Under the pieces are notes generated by a model. The model saw nothing but the letters and a program-made list of their open reading frames with translations. It was not told the DNA's origin and did not search any database. Below, one piece after another: positions 10,360 to 19,432 of a stretch of DNA of 32,000 bases (within the stretch, counting starts at the first letter, position 1; each line of letters starts with the position of its first letter). Source of the stretch: Candidatus Saccharimonadota bacterium (lineage in GTDB: Bacteria; Pseudomonadota; Alphaproteobacteria; Rickettsiales; Anaplasmataceae); the NCBI RefSeq assembly GCF_025021925.1, contig NZ_CP092368.1:270001-302000 (forward strand), in the 5' to 3' direction. Both the position numbers and the translations under genes were made by a program.

Positions 10360-10939
10360 ATGTTTGATATTTTAATTTGAATCAAGATCATTCTATGAAT
10401 TCTACTCATTGATATAGATAAATAATCATCACAGTTTCGTTGTATATTTTAAAGATCACTATACTCTATCATTATACTCTTTTTTTTTATGATTTACTAA
10501 ACTGAATTTTATGAGAGGAAATTTCTGAGTAATATCTAATTCTTTGGTAATATAATTTTATTTTTTATCTCGCTACTTAAATATTATGAACATATTCTTT
10601 GTCTTCAATATTTGACATATATCATTTAAAATTATCCCTATTATGGGATGTATCGCTTGATAAAAATATTTATCTTTAAGAAATTTTTCATATATATAGA
10701 GTATGCAGTAATTGATAAATGAATTTCAATAACATGTTCTTTATTTTAATAGATCTCCAAATATATATCTTCTTGAAGAGCAGTTAAAATGAGATATTCA
10801 ATTAATACAGTAATTTTATTCTATGAGAAGATACTTATATATATATTTCACTATAAATGGGGATAATAATTTCAAATATCAGATAAAATGTTATTTTAGT
10901 ATTAATGATATAAAATAATAGTTTTTATTTGATATATAA

Positions 10940-11410
10940 TCATACTAGATAATATAAGATTACTGTCACAAGACATGCAAAACATCCAGCTAGTATATCA
11001 TCCAACATGATACATATTGGATATCTAGTTTCCTTATCTATAATACTAATAGGCCAAGGTTTAATTATATCAAAAAACCTAAAAGACAGAAAACACAACA
11101 ATAATATAGAATACGAGAGTCGATCTTGATTTAAGATAATAGAGACTAAAAATACTGTAAATAACTGACCTACTACTTCATCAATGACGATTTCTTGTGG
11201 ATCACTACCAGTATGATAATATTTTATATAATATGTTGTAGACCATAATCCAATAATAAATAAAAAGATAATAATGATATAGCCTAAAATTTTATTACTA
11301 ATAATAATGGGTACAATGGGAAAAGCAGCAATACTACCCATGGTCCCTGGAATATATTTTATAGTACCATATAACCACCATGTGGATATTAATTTATATA
11401 TACATTTCAC
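10940..11410 (-). CDS. pgpA: Phosphatidylglycerophosphatase A
   Basis: 156-aa hydrophobic ORF with PGTMGSIAAFP, IDEVVGQ and FRFFDIIKPWP, which are PgpA family motifs. Confidence 0.85.
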   Translation of the reverse strand: MKCIYKLISTWWLYGTIKYIPGTMGSIAAFPIVPIIISNKILGYIIIIFLFIIGLWSTTYYIKYYHTGSDPQEIVIDEVVGQLFTVFLVSIILNQDRLSYSILLLCFLSFRFFDIIKPWPISIIDKETRYPICIMLDDILAGCFACLVTVILYYLV

Positions 11411-11427
11411 AAAAAGTCACCAGTATA

Positions 11428-12405
11428 TTAATTTATTAGAATTTCAAGAATATCATTGATAATATAATTTTTATATAACAATCTATAGATTGCTTCACAT
11501 ATAGGAATCTTTATTTGTAATTGTTTTGATAAATTGTATGCGGATTTAGCAGTACTAAAACCTTCAATTAGTAACTTTCTTTCTGATATAATCTTCTGAA
11601 CTTCAAAGTCATTTTTACTCTTGCCTATTTGCATTCCAAAGAAGAGATTTCTTGAATTTAAAGATGTACATGTTATCATGAGATCACCTAGACATGCTGG
11701 TCCCATTAGCGTGTCTATGTTAAGCTTCCCTATTTTTGCAATATATAAATTCATTATCTCACTCATACTTTTTGTAATAAGTAATGCATGAGTATTAGAT
11801 CCTAAATTTCTACCCAAAATGATACCACATGCTATAGCAAAGACATTCTTGAGCGCTGCACATATTTGTATACCTACTACATCGCTAGTCAGAAATAATG
11901 CAAGATTTTTTTGTTGCAATTGTGATGCTAGAGAGGTAAGTAATATGTCATCTATAGAGGCTAATACCATTGAATATGGTAATTTTTTTACAACTTCTAT
12001 TGCAAAACTAGGACCTGAAAAAATAGCGATAGGATTATTAGGTAATATCTCATTTACTATTTCACTGGGTAGTTTTAATGTATCCTGCTCTATGCCTTTA
12101 CAAGTTAATATTATCACTACTTGTTGCTTTATATTATGATTATTCAATTGATGACATATCTCTCTTAAACATTGAGTGGGAACAGCTATTATAATTACAG
12201 TAGTATTAATCACATCTTCAATAGAGATGCTAGCAACAATATTATTAGGGATTCTACAATGAGCAAATTTATTACTTTTTCTTTGAAAGTTTATTAAGTC
12301 AAATGTATCTTGATTGCGAGTCCATAATATAATTTTTTGCTGGTGACTTAATGATAATGCTATTGCTGTACCCCATGTACCAGCACCTAAAACTGATATT
12401 GTCAC
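11428..12405 (-). CDS. gpsA: NAD(P)H-dependent glycerol-3-phosphate dehydrogenase
   Basis: 325-aa ORF with the N-terminal Rossmann motif ISVLGAGTWGTAIA and later LKNVFAIACGI and GDLMITCTS motifs. It is co-oriented with pgpA, separated by 17 nt. Confidence 0.92.
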   Translation of the reverse strand: MTISVLGAGTWGTAIALSLSHQQKIILWTRNQDTFDLINFQRKSNKFAHCRIPNNIVASISIEDVINTTVIIIAVPTQCLREICHQLNNHNIKQQVVIILTCKGIEQDTLKLPSEIVNEILPNNPIAIFSGPSFAIEVVKKLPYSMVLASIDDILLTSLASQLQQKNLALFLTSDVVGIQICAALKNVFAIACGIILGRNLGSNTHALLITKSMSEIMNLYIAKIGKLNIDTLMGPACLGDLMITCTSLNSRNLFFGMQIGKSKNDFEVQKIISERKLLIEGFSTAKSAYNLSKQLQIKIPICEAIYRLLYKNYIINDILEILIN

Positions 12406-12969
12406 AATTCATTCCTATACAATCCTTCTCCTAATTAATATCTAGATTTATATTATAAGCATAATATAAATAGTTGATACTTCTAATATATCTTCTTATT
12501 TCATCTTTTAATAATATATATTAATTTTAAAATCACAAAATAATAATAAATATTCAGTTCATTTGTCATATGAAAGGTTCTACTATACATATTTAGAGAT
12601 ATTCACTAGTTTTCATAATATGAGTCGCTATATTAGTAGCGAACTAGCAATATTATCTTGATGCATTGCATTTTTTTAAATTAGTAATATTTCATTTAAC
12701 GATAAAGCACAATCATAGTATTATTAAATATTACACATCATGTTTATCTATTACGCGATACTCGATGAACTATTCACAATATCTTAATTATAAAACAAAA
12801 TTTATGCGCTTGATCACATATATAAAATGCTTCTAAAATTATTTCGATGATTCAATTGTATGTAATAAGAGCATTGCTAGATATTCTATGATCTTAATAA
12901 GATGTGTAAAATAATTTATAGTATAAATAATCATCACAGAGAATAATCTCTATAGATTATTAATCTCTA

Positions 12970-13312
12970 GGTGAGGTATAAGCCGCATTCTGTTTATGTA
13001 GCTATTTATCTAGAGCAAATCTTACCATTTGCTTCATGCGATTTACCCGAGTAGATATAAGGAAAATATACAACCTACTCTTATTTAATCTTGCTCCTAG
13101 TGCTGGTTACTCAACTAATAATGTTGCCATTATTATGGTGCGCTCTTACCGCACCTTTTCAACCTTACCTCTATACAATAGAGGCGGTTATTTTCTGTAG
13201 CCCTATAACTGTAGTTCTCTACGGCGGGTATTACCCGTCACTATTTTTCCTTGGAGTCCGGACTTTCCTCTGCTATACTCTTGGGAGTATAACAGCAGCT
13301 ACTTACCTCACC
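12970..13312 (-). ncRNA. rnpB: RNase P RNA (bacterial type A), about 343 nt
   Basis: The reverse complement reads GGUGAGGUAAGUAGCUGCUG...GAGGAAAGUCCGGACUCC...GGUGCGGUAAGAGCGCACC...ACAGAAUGCGGCUUAUACCUCACC. It contains the universal P4 strand GAGGAAAGUCCGG and the GGUGCGGUAAGAGCGCACC block, which is identical to E. coli M1 RNA. It also has the 3' P4 strand ACAGAA-N-GGCUUAU and a perfect P1 pairing of the two ends (GGUGAGGUA with UACCUCACC). This is a local G+C island within AT-rich spacer. End positions are good to within a few nt. Confidence 0.9.
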
Positions 13313-13519
13313 TAACAAGATTAGGATAATCAATTTATAATATAAAATCAATCACTATCAGTATACAGATATTCTGGATTAACAATATAGATGATAAAAA
13401 CGATCTGTGCTCACTACTATTCAAACAGATTTTTTGTTAGTCTATGCTAGAATATATTATGAATTTTAGTAGCAGTTCAGTATATAATATATACTTTATA
13501 GTAAAAATCACACTTAAAC

Positions 13520-14023
13520 ATGAGCAAAGATCACACACAATTTATTTTTACATCACATAATCTTAAAAAGGTCAAAAAATGTATCTCAATTTATCCTAAA
13601 GGTAGAGAAGGTAGTGCTGTAATGCAATTACTGCATCTAGTACAAGAACAATTAGGGTGGATTACCGAACCTTCTATGCGCTATATTGCTAACATATTAC
13701 ATATTCCGTATATACGTGTATATGAAGTAGCAAGTTTTTACACAATGTATCATTTACAACCAGTAGGGAAATATTTAATACAGGTGTGTACAACAACACC
13801 CTGTTGGTTATGTAATAGTCAAAACATTATCAATACTGTAAATAATCAATTGGGCATTAGTATAGGAGAAACTACTAAAGATAATCTTTTTACTTTAAAA
13901 GAAGTGGAATGTCTTGGAGCTTGTATTCAAGCACCTGTTATTCAAATTAACAAAGATTTTTATGAAAAATTAACATCTAATAAAATTAGAGATATTATAA
14001 TCAAACTGATACAAAGTACATGA
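13520..14023 (+). CDS. nuoE: NADH-quinone oxidoreductase subunit E (24-kDa 2Fe-2S subunit)
   Basis: 167-aa ORF with the NuoE pattern EVASFYTMY...VCTTTPCWLC...ECLGACIQAPV (four Cys of the 2Fe-2S site). No other nuo gene is adjacent. Confidence 0.9.
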   Translation: MSKDHTQFIFTSHNLKKVKKCISIYPKGREGSAVMQLLHLVQEQLGWITEPSMRYIANILHIPYIRVYEVASFYTMYHLQPVGKYLIQVCTTTPCWLCNSQNIINTVNNQLGISIGETTKDNLFTLKEVECLGACIQAPVIQINKDFYEKLTSNKIRDIIIKLIQST

Positions 14024-15204
14024 TAAGAGAATTTACATTTAGCATCATTAAACAATCATGCAATGCACGAGTAGGTGTGCTACACACTCCACATGGTAAT
14101 ATACATACACCAGCATTTATATTTTGTGCCACAAAAGCGACAATCAAATCTTTAGATATAGAGAGAGTAAAAGAATTAGGCACTCAAATCATACTTTCTA
14201 ATACTTATCATCTTATGCTTCAACCTGGAGAGACAATCTTATCTAAACTTGGAGGATTACATAAGATGATGGGATGGGAGGGACCAATTTTAACTGATTC
14301 AGGTGGGTACCAAATATTTAGTTTGGGATATGGATCAGTTTCAGAAGAAATAAAAGGTATCAAGAAAAATCGTATTACTATGATTAAAATCAATGAACAA
14401 GGTGTCATTTTTCGCTCTTATATTAATGGTCAAATCTATTGTCTGACTCCTGAAAAATCAATTCAAATACAGCAAATATTAGGTGCAGACTTAATTTTAG
14501 TATTGGATGAATGTACTCCATTTAATACAAGTAAAGAATATACAGAACACTCAATGTTAATGAGTACTCGCTGGGCACAACGCTCTCTAAATGAGTTTGA
14601 AAAAAATGATCATGGTACACAAGCGCTATATGGTATTATTCAAGGAGGAATATACCGAGATTTACGAAGAATCAGTTGTGATTTTATCAGAAGTTTACCA
14701 TTTTTTGGTCAAGCAATAGGAGGATCACTTGGTCAAAATAAAGATCAAATGTATAGTATTACTGCTTTTACTATGGAATGTGTACAACGTAATAGACCTA
14801 CTCATTTATTAGGTATTGGTCAGATATCAGACATTTTTTACGGTGTAAGTATTGGAATTGACACATTTGATTGTGTATATCCTACGAGATTAGCACGACA
14901 TGGTGGTGCACTCATTAAAGTGAAAAACAGACATTCTCTATCTTCTAAAAATAGAGATTATATTAATTTATATAATCATCAATTTATATTAGATAATAAT
15001 CCAATTGAAGATGATTGCTTGTGTTTTACATGTAGAAAGCATTCAAGGGCATACATACATCATTTGCTAAAAGCAAAAGAATTATTATCATACTCTCTTA
15101 TCACCATGCATAATATCTTCTTTATCAATCATTTGATGCACTCGATAAGAGATGCAATATTAAATGATAAATTGAATCAAGAAAAAAATAATTGGATTAG
15201 TTAA
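14020..15204 (+). CDS. tgt: Queuine tRNA-ribosyltransferase
   Basis: 394-aa ORF. It shows TPAFIF, GPILTDSGGYQ (catalytic Asp), LVLDECTP, HLLGIGQ, DTFDCVYPTR and the zinc site CLCFTCRKHSRAYIHHL. Its start overlaps the nuoE stop (ATGA). Confidence 0.93.
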   Translation: MIREFTFSIIKQSCNARVGVLHTPHGNIHTPAFIFCATKATIKSLDIERVKELGTQIILSNTYHLMLQPGETILSKLGGLHKMMGWEGPILTDSGGYQIFSLGYGSVSEEIKGIKKNRITMIKINEQGVIFRSYINGQIYCLTPEKSIQIQQILGADLILVLDECTPFNTSKEYTEHSMLMSTRWAQRSLNEFEKNDHGTQALYGIIQGGIYRDLRRISCDFIRSLPFFGQAIGGSLGQNKDQMYSITAFTMECVQRNRPTHLLGIGQISDIFYGVSIGIDTFDCVYPTRLARHGGALIKVKNRHSLSSKNRDYINLYNHQFILDNNPIEDDCLCFTCRKHSRAYIHHLLKAKELLSYSLITMHNIFFINHLMHSIRDAILNDKLNQEKNNWIS

Positions 15205-15371
15205 CACTTTAATATTGTGTCTTTAATTTTGGACATATGCTATCTAGTGATGAATCAATATTTTTTTTATATCTATAATATGATATCAGGATAAAGTAAT
15301 TCAATTGATTTGACTTAGACTACAATTTTTGTATAGAATTTTATTAGTATCGTTTAGAATGAGAGGTGATC

Positions 15372-15617
15372 ATGGCAGTTAAGATAAGGCTAGCAAGATT
15401 TGGAGCAAAGAAACGTCCTTTTTATAGAATAGTGATAGCTGATGCACGTGCACCAAGAGATGGTAAAATTATTGAAAGAATAGGTCACTATAATCCTATG
15501 CTACAAAAAGGCGATTGCAACCGTGTCGTTATCAATAATGATAGACTACAGTATTGGCTAGGAGTAGGTGCACAGGCAACTAAAAAAATTATATGGTTTA
15601 TAAAAAAAGGAATATAA
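15372..15617 (+). CDS. rpsP: 30S ribosomal protein S16
   Basis: [42 protein letters not shown] is the canonical S16 N-terminus. I prefer the ATG at 15372, with GAGAGG 6-11 nt upstream, over the GTG at 15366 given in the track. Confidence 0.93.
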   Translation: MAVKIRLARFGAKKRPFYRIVIADARAPRDGKIIERIGHYNPMLQKGDCNRVVINNDRLQYWLGVGAQATKKIIWFIKKGI

Positions 15618-15691
15618 GATTAAGTGATACCTATGAGAACTTGATGTCAAGATCATCATTTCGATCAATAGATATATAGAGAATCTTAGTC

Positions 15692-16678
15692 ATGGAAATT
15701 AATACTCCAAATTATTCTATATTAGACGATATTATTTCTTCTGATATATCTGCGATGCATGATTTTCTTTCTCACAATATCCAAGATCATGAAGTCACTG
15801 CATATGCTTCAAATCTTCTACTACGTCTTGTGAGAGCAGGTGGAAAAAGGATTAGACCTAAATTAGTCTTTATTATATGCAAAATGCTGCAATATTTTGA
15901 AACAAATCGGATTCAAATTGCTGCTTCGGTAGAGTGTATACATTATGCGACTTTACTACATGATGATGTTCTTGATGATAGTGAGATACGTCATGGCATT
16001 CAAACAGCACATATTATTTGGGGAAATAAAGCAAGTATTTTAGCTGGAGATTTATTATTAACTTTAGCATTTAGATGGTTAATTGATTGTAATAATATCA
16101 ATATTCTGCGCATTTTATCTCAAGCATCTCATGCTCTTGTCAAAGGTGAGATCAAGCAAATGACAGAATGTATTGATCTAGATCTAATGCATACAAATTA
16201 CTTTGCTATTATTGGAGAAAAAACAGCATCTTTATTTTCTGCATGTTGTGAAGCAATATCTACTGTATCTACTGCTACACAGGATGAAATATATAGATTG
16301 AAAAATTTTGGCTTTAACTTTGGCATGGCATTCCAAATTATTGACGATATTCTAGATTATACTGCATATCAAGATTCTTATGGAAAAAAAGTTGGCAAGG
16401 ACTTTCATGATAGAAAAGTGACTTTACCAGTCATTATTGCATATGAAAAAGGTAATATACAACAGAGAAAATTTTGGAAAGAATATTTTTATTCAAATGA
16501 ACGCAATTTTGATCAAGCATGGAAGTATATTGCGCAACATCATGCTATCTATCTTTCTATACAAAAAGCACAATATTATCTCAATATAGCACAAGATAAT
16601 CTGAATGACTTTCCTCATTCTCTCTACAAGAGTGCATTGATTACATTTATCAAATCTAGCATAAATAGAGAAACATAG
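15692..16678 (+). CDS. ispB: Long-chain (octaprenyl-type) polyprenyl-diphosphate synthase
   Basis: 328-aa ORF with both aspartate-rich motifs of trans-prenyltransferases (LLHDDVLDD and FQIIDDILDY) and GKRIRP. Chain length is inferred from the IspB-like layout and the presence of ubiA in the window. Confidence 0.85.
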   Translation: MEINTPNYSILDDIISSDISAMHDFLSHNIQDHEVTAYASNLLLRLVRAGGKRIRPKLVFIICKMLQYFETNRIQIAASVECIHYATLLHDDVLDDSEIRHGIQTAHIIWGNKASILAGDLLLTLAFRWLIDCNNINILRILSQASHALVKGEIKQMTECIDLDLMHTNYFAIIGEKTASLFSACCEAISTVSTATQDEIYRLKNFGFNFGMAFQIIDDILDYTAYQDSYGKKVGKDFHDRKVTLPVIIAYEKGNIQQRKFWKEYFYSNERNFDQAWKYIAQHHAIYLSIQKAQYYLNIAQDNLNDFPHSLYKSALITFIKSSINRET

Positions 16679-16744
16679 CTAATGCTTGTATCTTGATAGA
16701 TTAATTGCTATATATTGATCAGTATTTCTAAGGAAAATGATAAA

Positions 16745-17347
16745 ATGTCAAACAGTGTTACAGAGCAAAAGGAGCAGTATACTAGTATAGATACTAGTAT
16801 AGATACTAATATAGATACTAATATAGATACTAGTAATGAGTCTGAAAATAAAGATCAGTATCATACCGATAATATACATAAAAAATTAAATGAAGATTTT
16901 AATGTATTAAAGGAGCGAGCATCTCAGCTTGAAGATCATTTACGTCGTGCTATTGCAGATAATGAAAATGTCAAGCGAATTATGCACAAGCAAATTAATG
17001 ATGCAAGTGATTATGCATGTACAAAATTTGCTCGTGATATGATAGAGTCATGTGATAACTTAAAAAAAATCATGGAAAATTTGCAAGAAAATGATCCTAT
17101 TCATGAGGGTATTAAAGTCGCTTATCAGAAAATCATGAATGATTTTAAAAAATATGATATTGAAGAAATATATCCTTTAGGTCAGTACTTTGATAGTAAC
17201 CTGCATCAGGCAATTATGGAAAGAGAAGATAGTAAAGAAACACCTGGTACTATTATTGAAATATTACAAACTGGTTATACTATAAAAAATAGATTACTTC
17301 GTCCTGCTATGGTCATTATTGCTAAAAAGATAGCATCACCTGAGTAG
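16745..17347 (+). CDS. grpE: Nucleotide exchange factor GrpE
   Basis: The C-terminal two thirds show the GrpE pattern (LRRAIADNENVKRI, HQAIMERED, GYTIKNRLLRPAMVII). I prefer the in-frame ATG at 16745 (AAGGA about 10 nt upstream) to the TTG at 16715. The N-terminus contains an in-frame 12-nt tandem repeat. Confidence 0.88.
   Translation: MSNSVTEQKEQYTSIDTSIDTNIDTNIDTSNESENKDQYHTDNIHKKLNEDFNVLKERASQLEDHLRRAIADNENVKRIMHKQINDASDYACTKFARDMIESCDNLKKIMENLQENDPIHEGIKVAYQKIMNDFKKYDIEEIYPLGQYFDSNLHQAIMEREDSKETPGTIIEILQTGYTIKNRLLRPAMVIIAKKIASPE
16781..16834 (+). repeat. In-frame 12-nt tandem repeat (4 full units plus a partial) inside grpE
   Basis: The sequence is ACTAGTATAGAT x2, then ACTAATATAGAT x2, then ACTAGT. 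It encodes TSID-TSID-TNID-TNID-TS. I read it directly from the sequence. Confidence 0.95.
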
Positions 17348-17435
17348 CATGAGCAATAATATCTGTTGAATCATGATACATTATATGTTCTATATAATAA
17401 GTGCAAATTGACATATTTTATATAAAAAACCTGTG

Positions 17436-18443
17436 ATGTGTACACATAATACTTCTGTAATGTTCTCAGGTATTCAACCAAGTGGTATGATACATTTAGG
17501 TAATTATTTAGGTGCAATTAGACAATGGGTGACTTTACAAAAAAAATATCAATCTATCTTTTGTATTGTTGATTTACATGCTATCACCTCACAAAGATTG
17601 TCCTCTATACAATTAGAAAGTAATATATTGAAAACAGCGGCAACTTATATAGCATGTGGTATCAATCCAAAACACTCTGTTATTTTTCTTCAATCTTCAG
17701 TTAGTGCTCATGTGGAGCTTGCATGGCTTCTTGGATGTCATGTACCTCTTGGTTGGCTCAATCGAATGACGCAATTTAAAGATAAAGTGATACGTGATCA
17801 ATATAAATCTTCTCTTGGATTATATAGCTATCCAGTACTTATGGCTGCAGATATATTACTATATCGCACTAAGTATGTACCTGTTGGTCAGGATCAAATT
17901 CAACACTTAGAGTTGACACGCAAGATTGCATTATCTTTTAATCAATATTATAAGACTGATTATTTTATTTTACCTGAAGCATTAATCTCAGAATCGACAG
18001 CAAGAATAATGAGCTTAAGAAATGGTACAAGCAAAATGAGTAAGTCTTGTACTTCAGATTATTCGAGTATTCACTTAGATGATTCAAATGAATTAATTGT
18101 AAAAAAAATACAAAAAGCAAAAACAGATTCAATAATAGGTTGTAATATTGATACTTTAGTAGAACGTCCTGAAATAAATAATTTGATAAAAATTTACTCT
18201 AGCGTGAGTGATCATTCTATTGAACAAGTATGTAGAGAGATAAATCAACATAATATGAGACGCTTCAAAAGAGAATTATCTGATTTAATTATCAGTACGC
18301 TATCTCCCATACGCATACGTATTCACGATTTATTACAAGATAAAAACTACTTACTAAAAATATTAAAAATAGGTCAGAAAAAAGCAGAAAAAATTGCACA
18401 ACAAAATATGAAATTTATTAGAGAGACAATCGGATTTATTTGA
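17436..18443 (+). CDS. trpS: Tryptophan--tRNA ligase
   Basis: It shows the class I motifs: FSGIQPSGMIHLGNYLGA (HIGH-type) and KMSKS (GTSKMSKS), plus VPVGQDQIQHLELTR. The start may be the ATG at 17436 or the GTG at 17433. Confidence 0.93.
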   Translation: MCTHNTSVMFSGIQPSGMIHLGNYLGAIRQWVTLQKKYQSIFCIVDLHAITSQRLSSIQLESNILKTAATYIACGINPKHSVIFLQSSVSAHVELAWLLGCHVPLGWLNRMTQFKDKVIRDQYKSSLGLYSYPVLMAADILLYRTKYVPVGQDQIQHLELTRKIALSFNQYYKTDYFILPEALISESTARIMSLRNGTSKMSKSCTSDYSSIHLDDSNELIVKKIQKAKTDSIIGCNIDTLVERPEINNLIKIYSSVSDHSIEQVCREINQHNMRRFKRELSDLIISTLSPIRIRIHDLLQDKNYLLKILKIGQKKAEKIAQQNMKFIRETIGFI

Positions 18444-18538
18444 TAATATTGTGTCATATCATCAGGTTATTTTTTATGAAATAACTAGATTGAATTTGAC
18501 TGTATGGTTTCTCATAATAAGTGAAATAGAGAAAATGA

Positions 18539-19411
18539 TTATGATAAATCAAATAGTAGATTTCCTATTAATCTATCTAATAGCATACCACATACAAGTA
18601 ATAATCCAACATAAAATTGATTTTTAAATATATTCATATATCTTGCTACATCAACGTGTAAATTAGTATTTTGGCGATATAAAATAAGTGCTATGATACA
18701 TAGTACAAAATAAAAAATATTATTTAGCGATGATGCGATAGCAGAATACATCCAAAATATCAAGGACAACAAATAACAAATATTTAACCAGATATTGTTT
18801 TTTTTACCAAAGCAGAATGCAGTAGAGTATAATCCTAGTTTTTTATCTTCTTCCATATCTTGATAGGAATATATAGTATCATAACTCAGTGTCCATGTTA
18901 CGCATCCAAGATAAAATAGTATAGCCTCTATAGTAATTTCGCTTTTAATTGCTGTTGCTCCCATAAGACTTCCCATATTAAAGGTAAAGCCTAAAAATAA
19001 TTGTGGACACCAAATATATCGTTTACATAAAGGATAGACGATGATCATACACATTGATATTACACCAAGAATAATTGTACATCTATTTGTATACAGTAAA
19101 AGGATCAATGAGAAAGATAGTAAAAATAATAGGATAATGAAGGCATGATATATTTTGAGTGTACCAATTGCTAATGGTCTATATTTTGTACGATGCACAC
19201 ATCTGTCTATATCTTTATCTAATATATCGTTAATTATGCATCCTGCAGGGCGCATTAAGCATGATCCTATAGTAAATAGGATTAATAATAAACAAGTATC
19301 ATAAGAAATAGTATGCGAAGCTAATAAAATACCACTTAAACTTGAAAATAATAAAAGCCATAAACCAGTTATATTATCTAATCTCATTAACGAGATATAA
19401 AGTGTGATCAT
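18539..19411 (-). CDS. ubiA: 4-hydroxybenzoate polyprenyltransferase (UbiA family)
   Basis: 290-aa polytopic membrane ORF with NDILDKDIDRCVHRTKYRPL (the first Asp-rich UbiA motif) and a second YSYQDMEEDKKLG motif. Confidence 0.87.
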   Translation of the reverse strand: MITLYISLMRLDNITGLWLLLFSSLSGILLASHTISYDTCLLLILFTIGSCLMRPAGCIINDILDKDIDRCVHRTKYRPLAIGTLKIYHAFIILLFLLSFSLILLLYTNRCTIILGVISMCMIIVYPLCKRYIWCPQLFLGFTFNMGSLMGATAIKSEITIEAILFYLGCVTWTLSYDTIYSYQDMEEDKKLGLYSTAFCFGKKNNIWLNICYLLSLIFWMYSAIASSLNNIFYFVLCIIALILYRQNTNLHVDVARYMNIFKNQFYVGLLLVCGMLLDRLIGNLLFDLS

Positions 19412-19432
19412 AAAAAGTGTTAAGAACTTTTT

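Noticed and set aside
10418-10434. A 17-nt exact match, ATAAATAATCATCACAG, shared with 12923-12939 in a different intergenic spacer
   Set aside because: It is short and AT-rich. By a rough composition-based estimate, about one such match is expected by chance in 32 kb. The flanks do not extend the similarity, so there is no evidence for a dispersed repeat family such as RPE-like elements.
13091-13315. 74-aa plus-strand ORF from the track
   Set aside because: It lies entirely antisense to the RNase P RNA gene. It stays open only because that block is G+C-rich, and it has no protein-like motifs.
18466-18485. Hairpin GTTATTT-TTTATG-AAATAAC between the convergent trpS and ubiA genes, as a possible bidirectional terminator
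   Set aside because: The stem is 7 bp with a single G-C pair, so it is thermodynamically weak. Such structures arise easily in AT-rich sequence, which is not enough for a terminator call.
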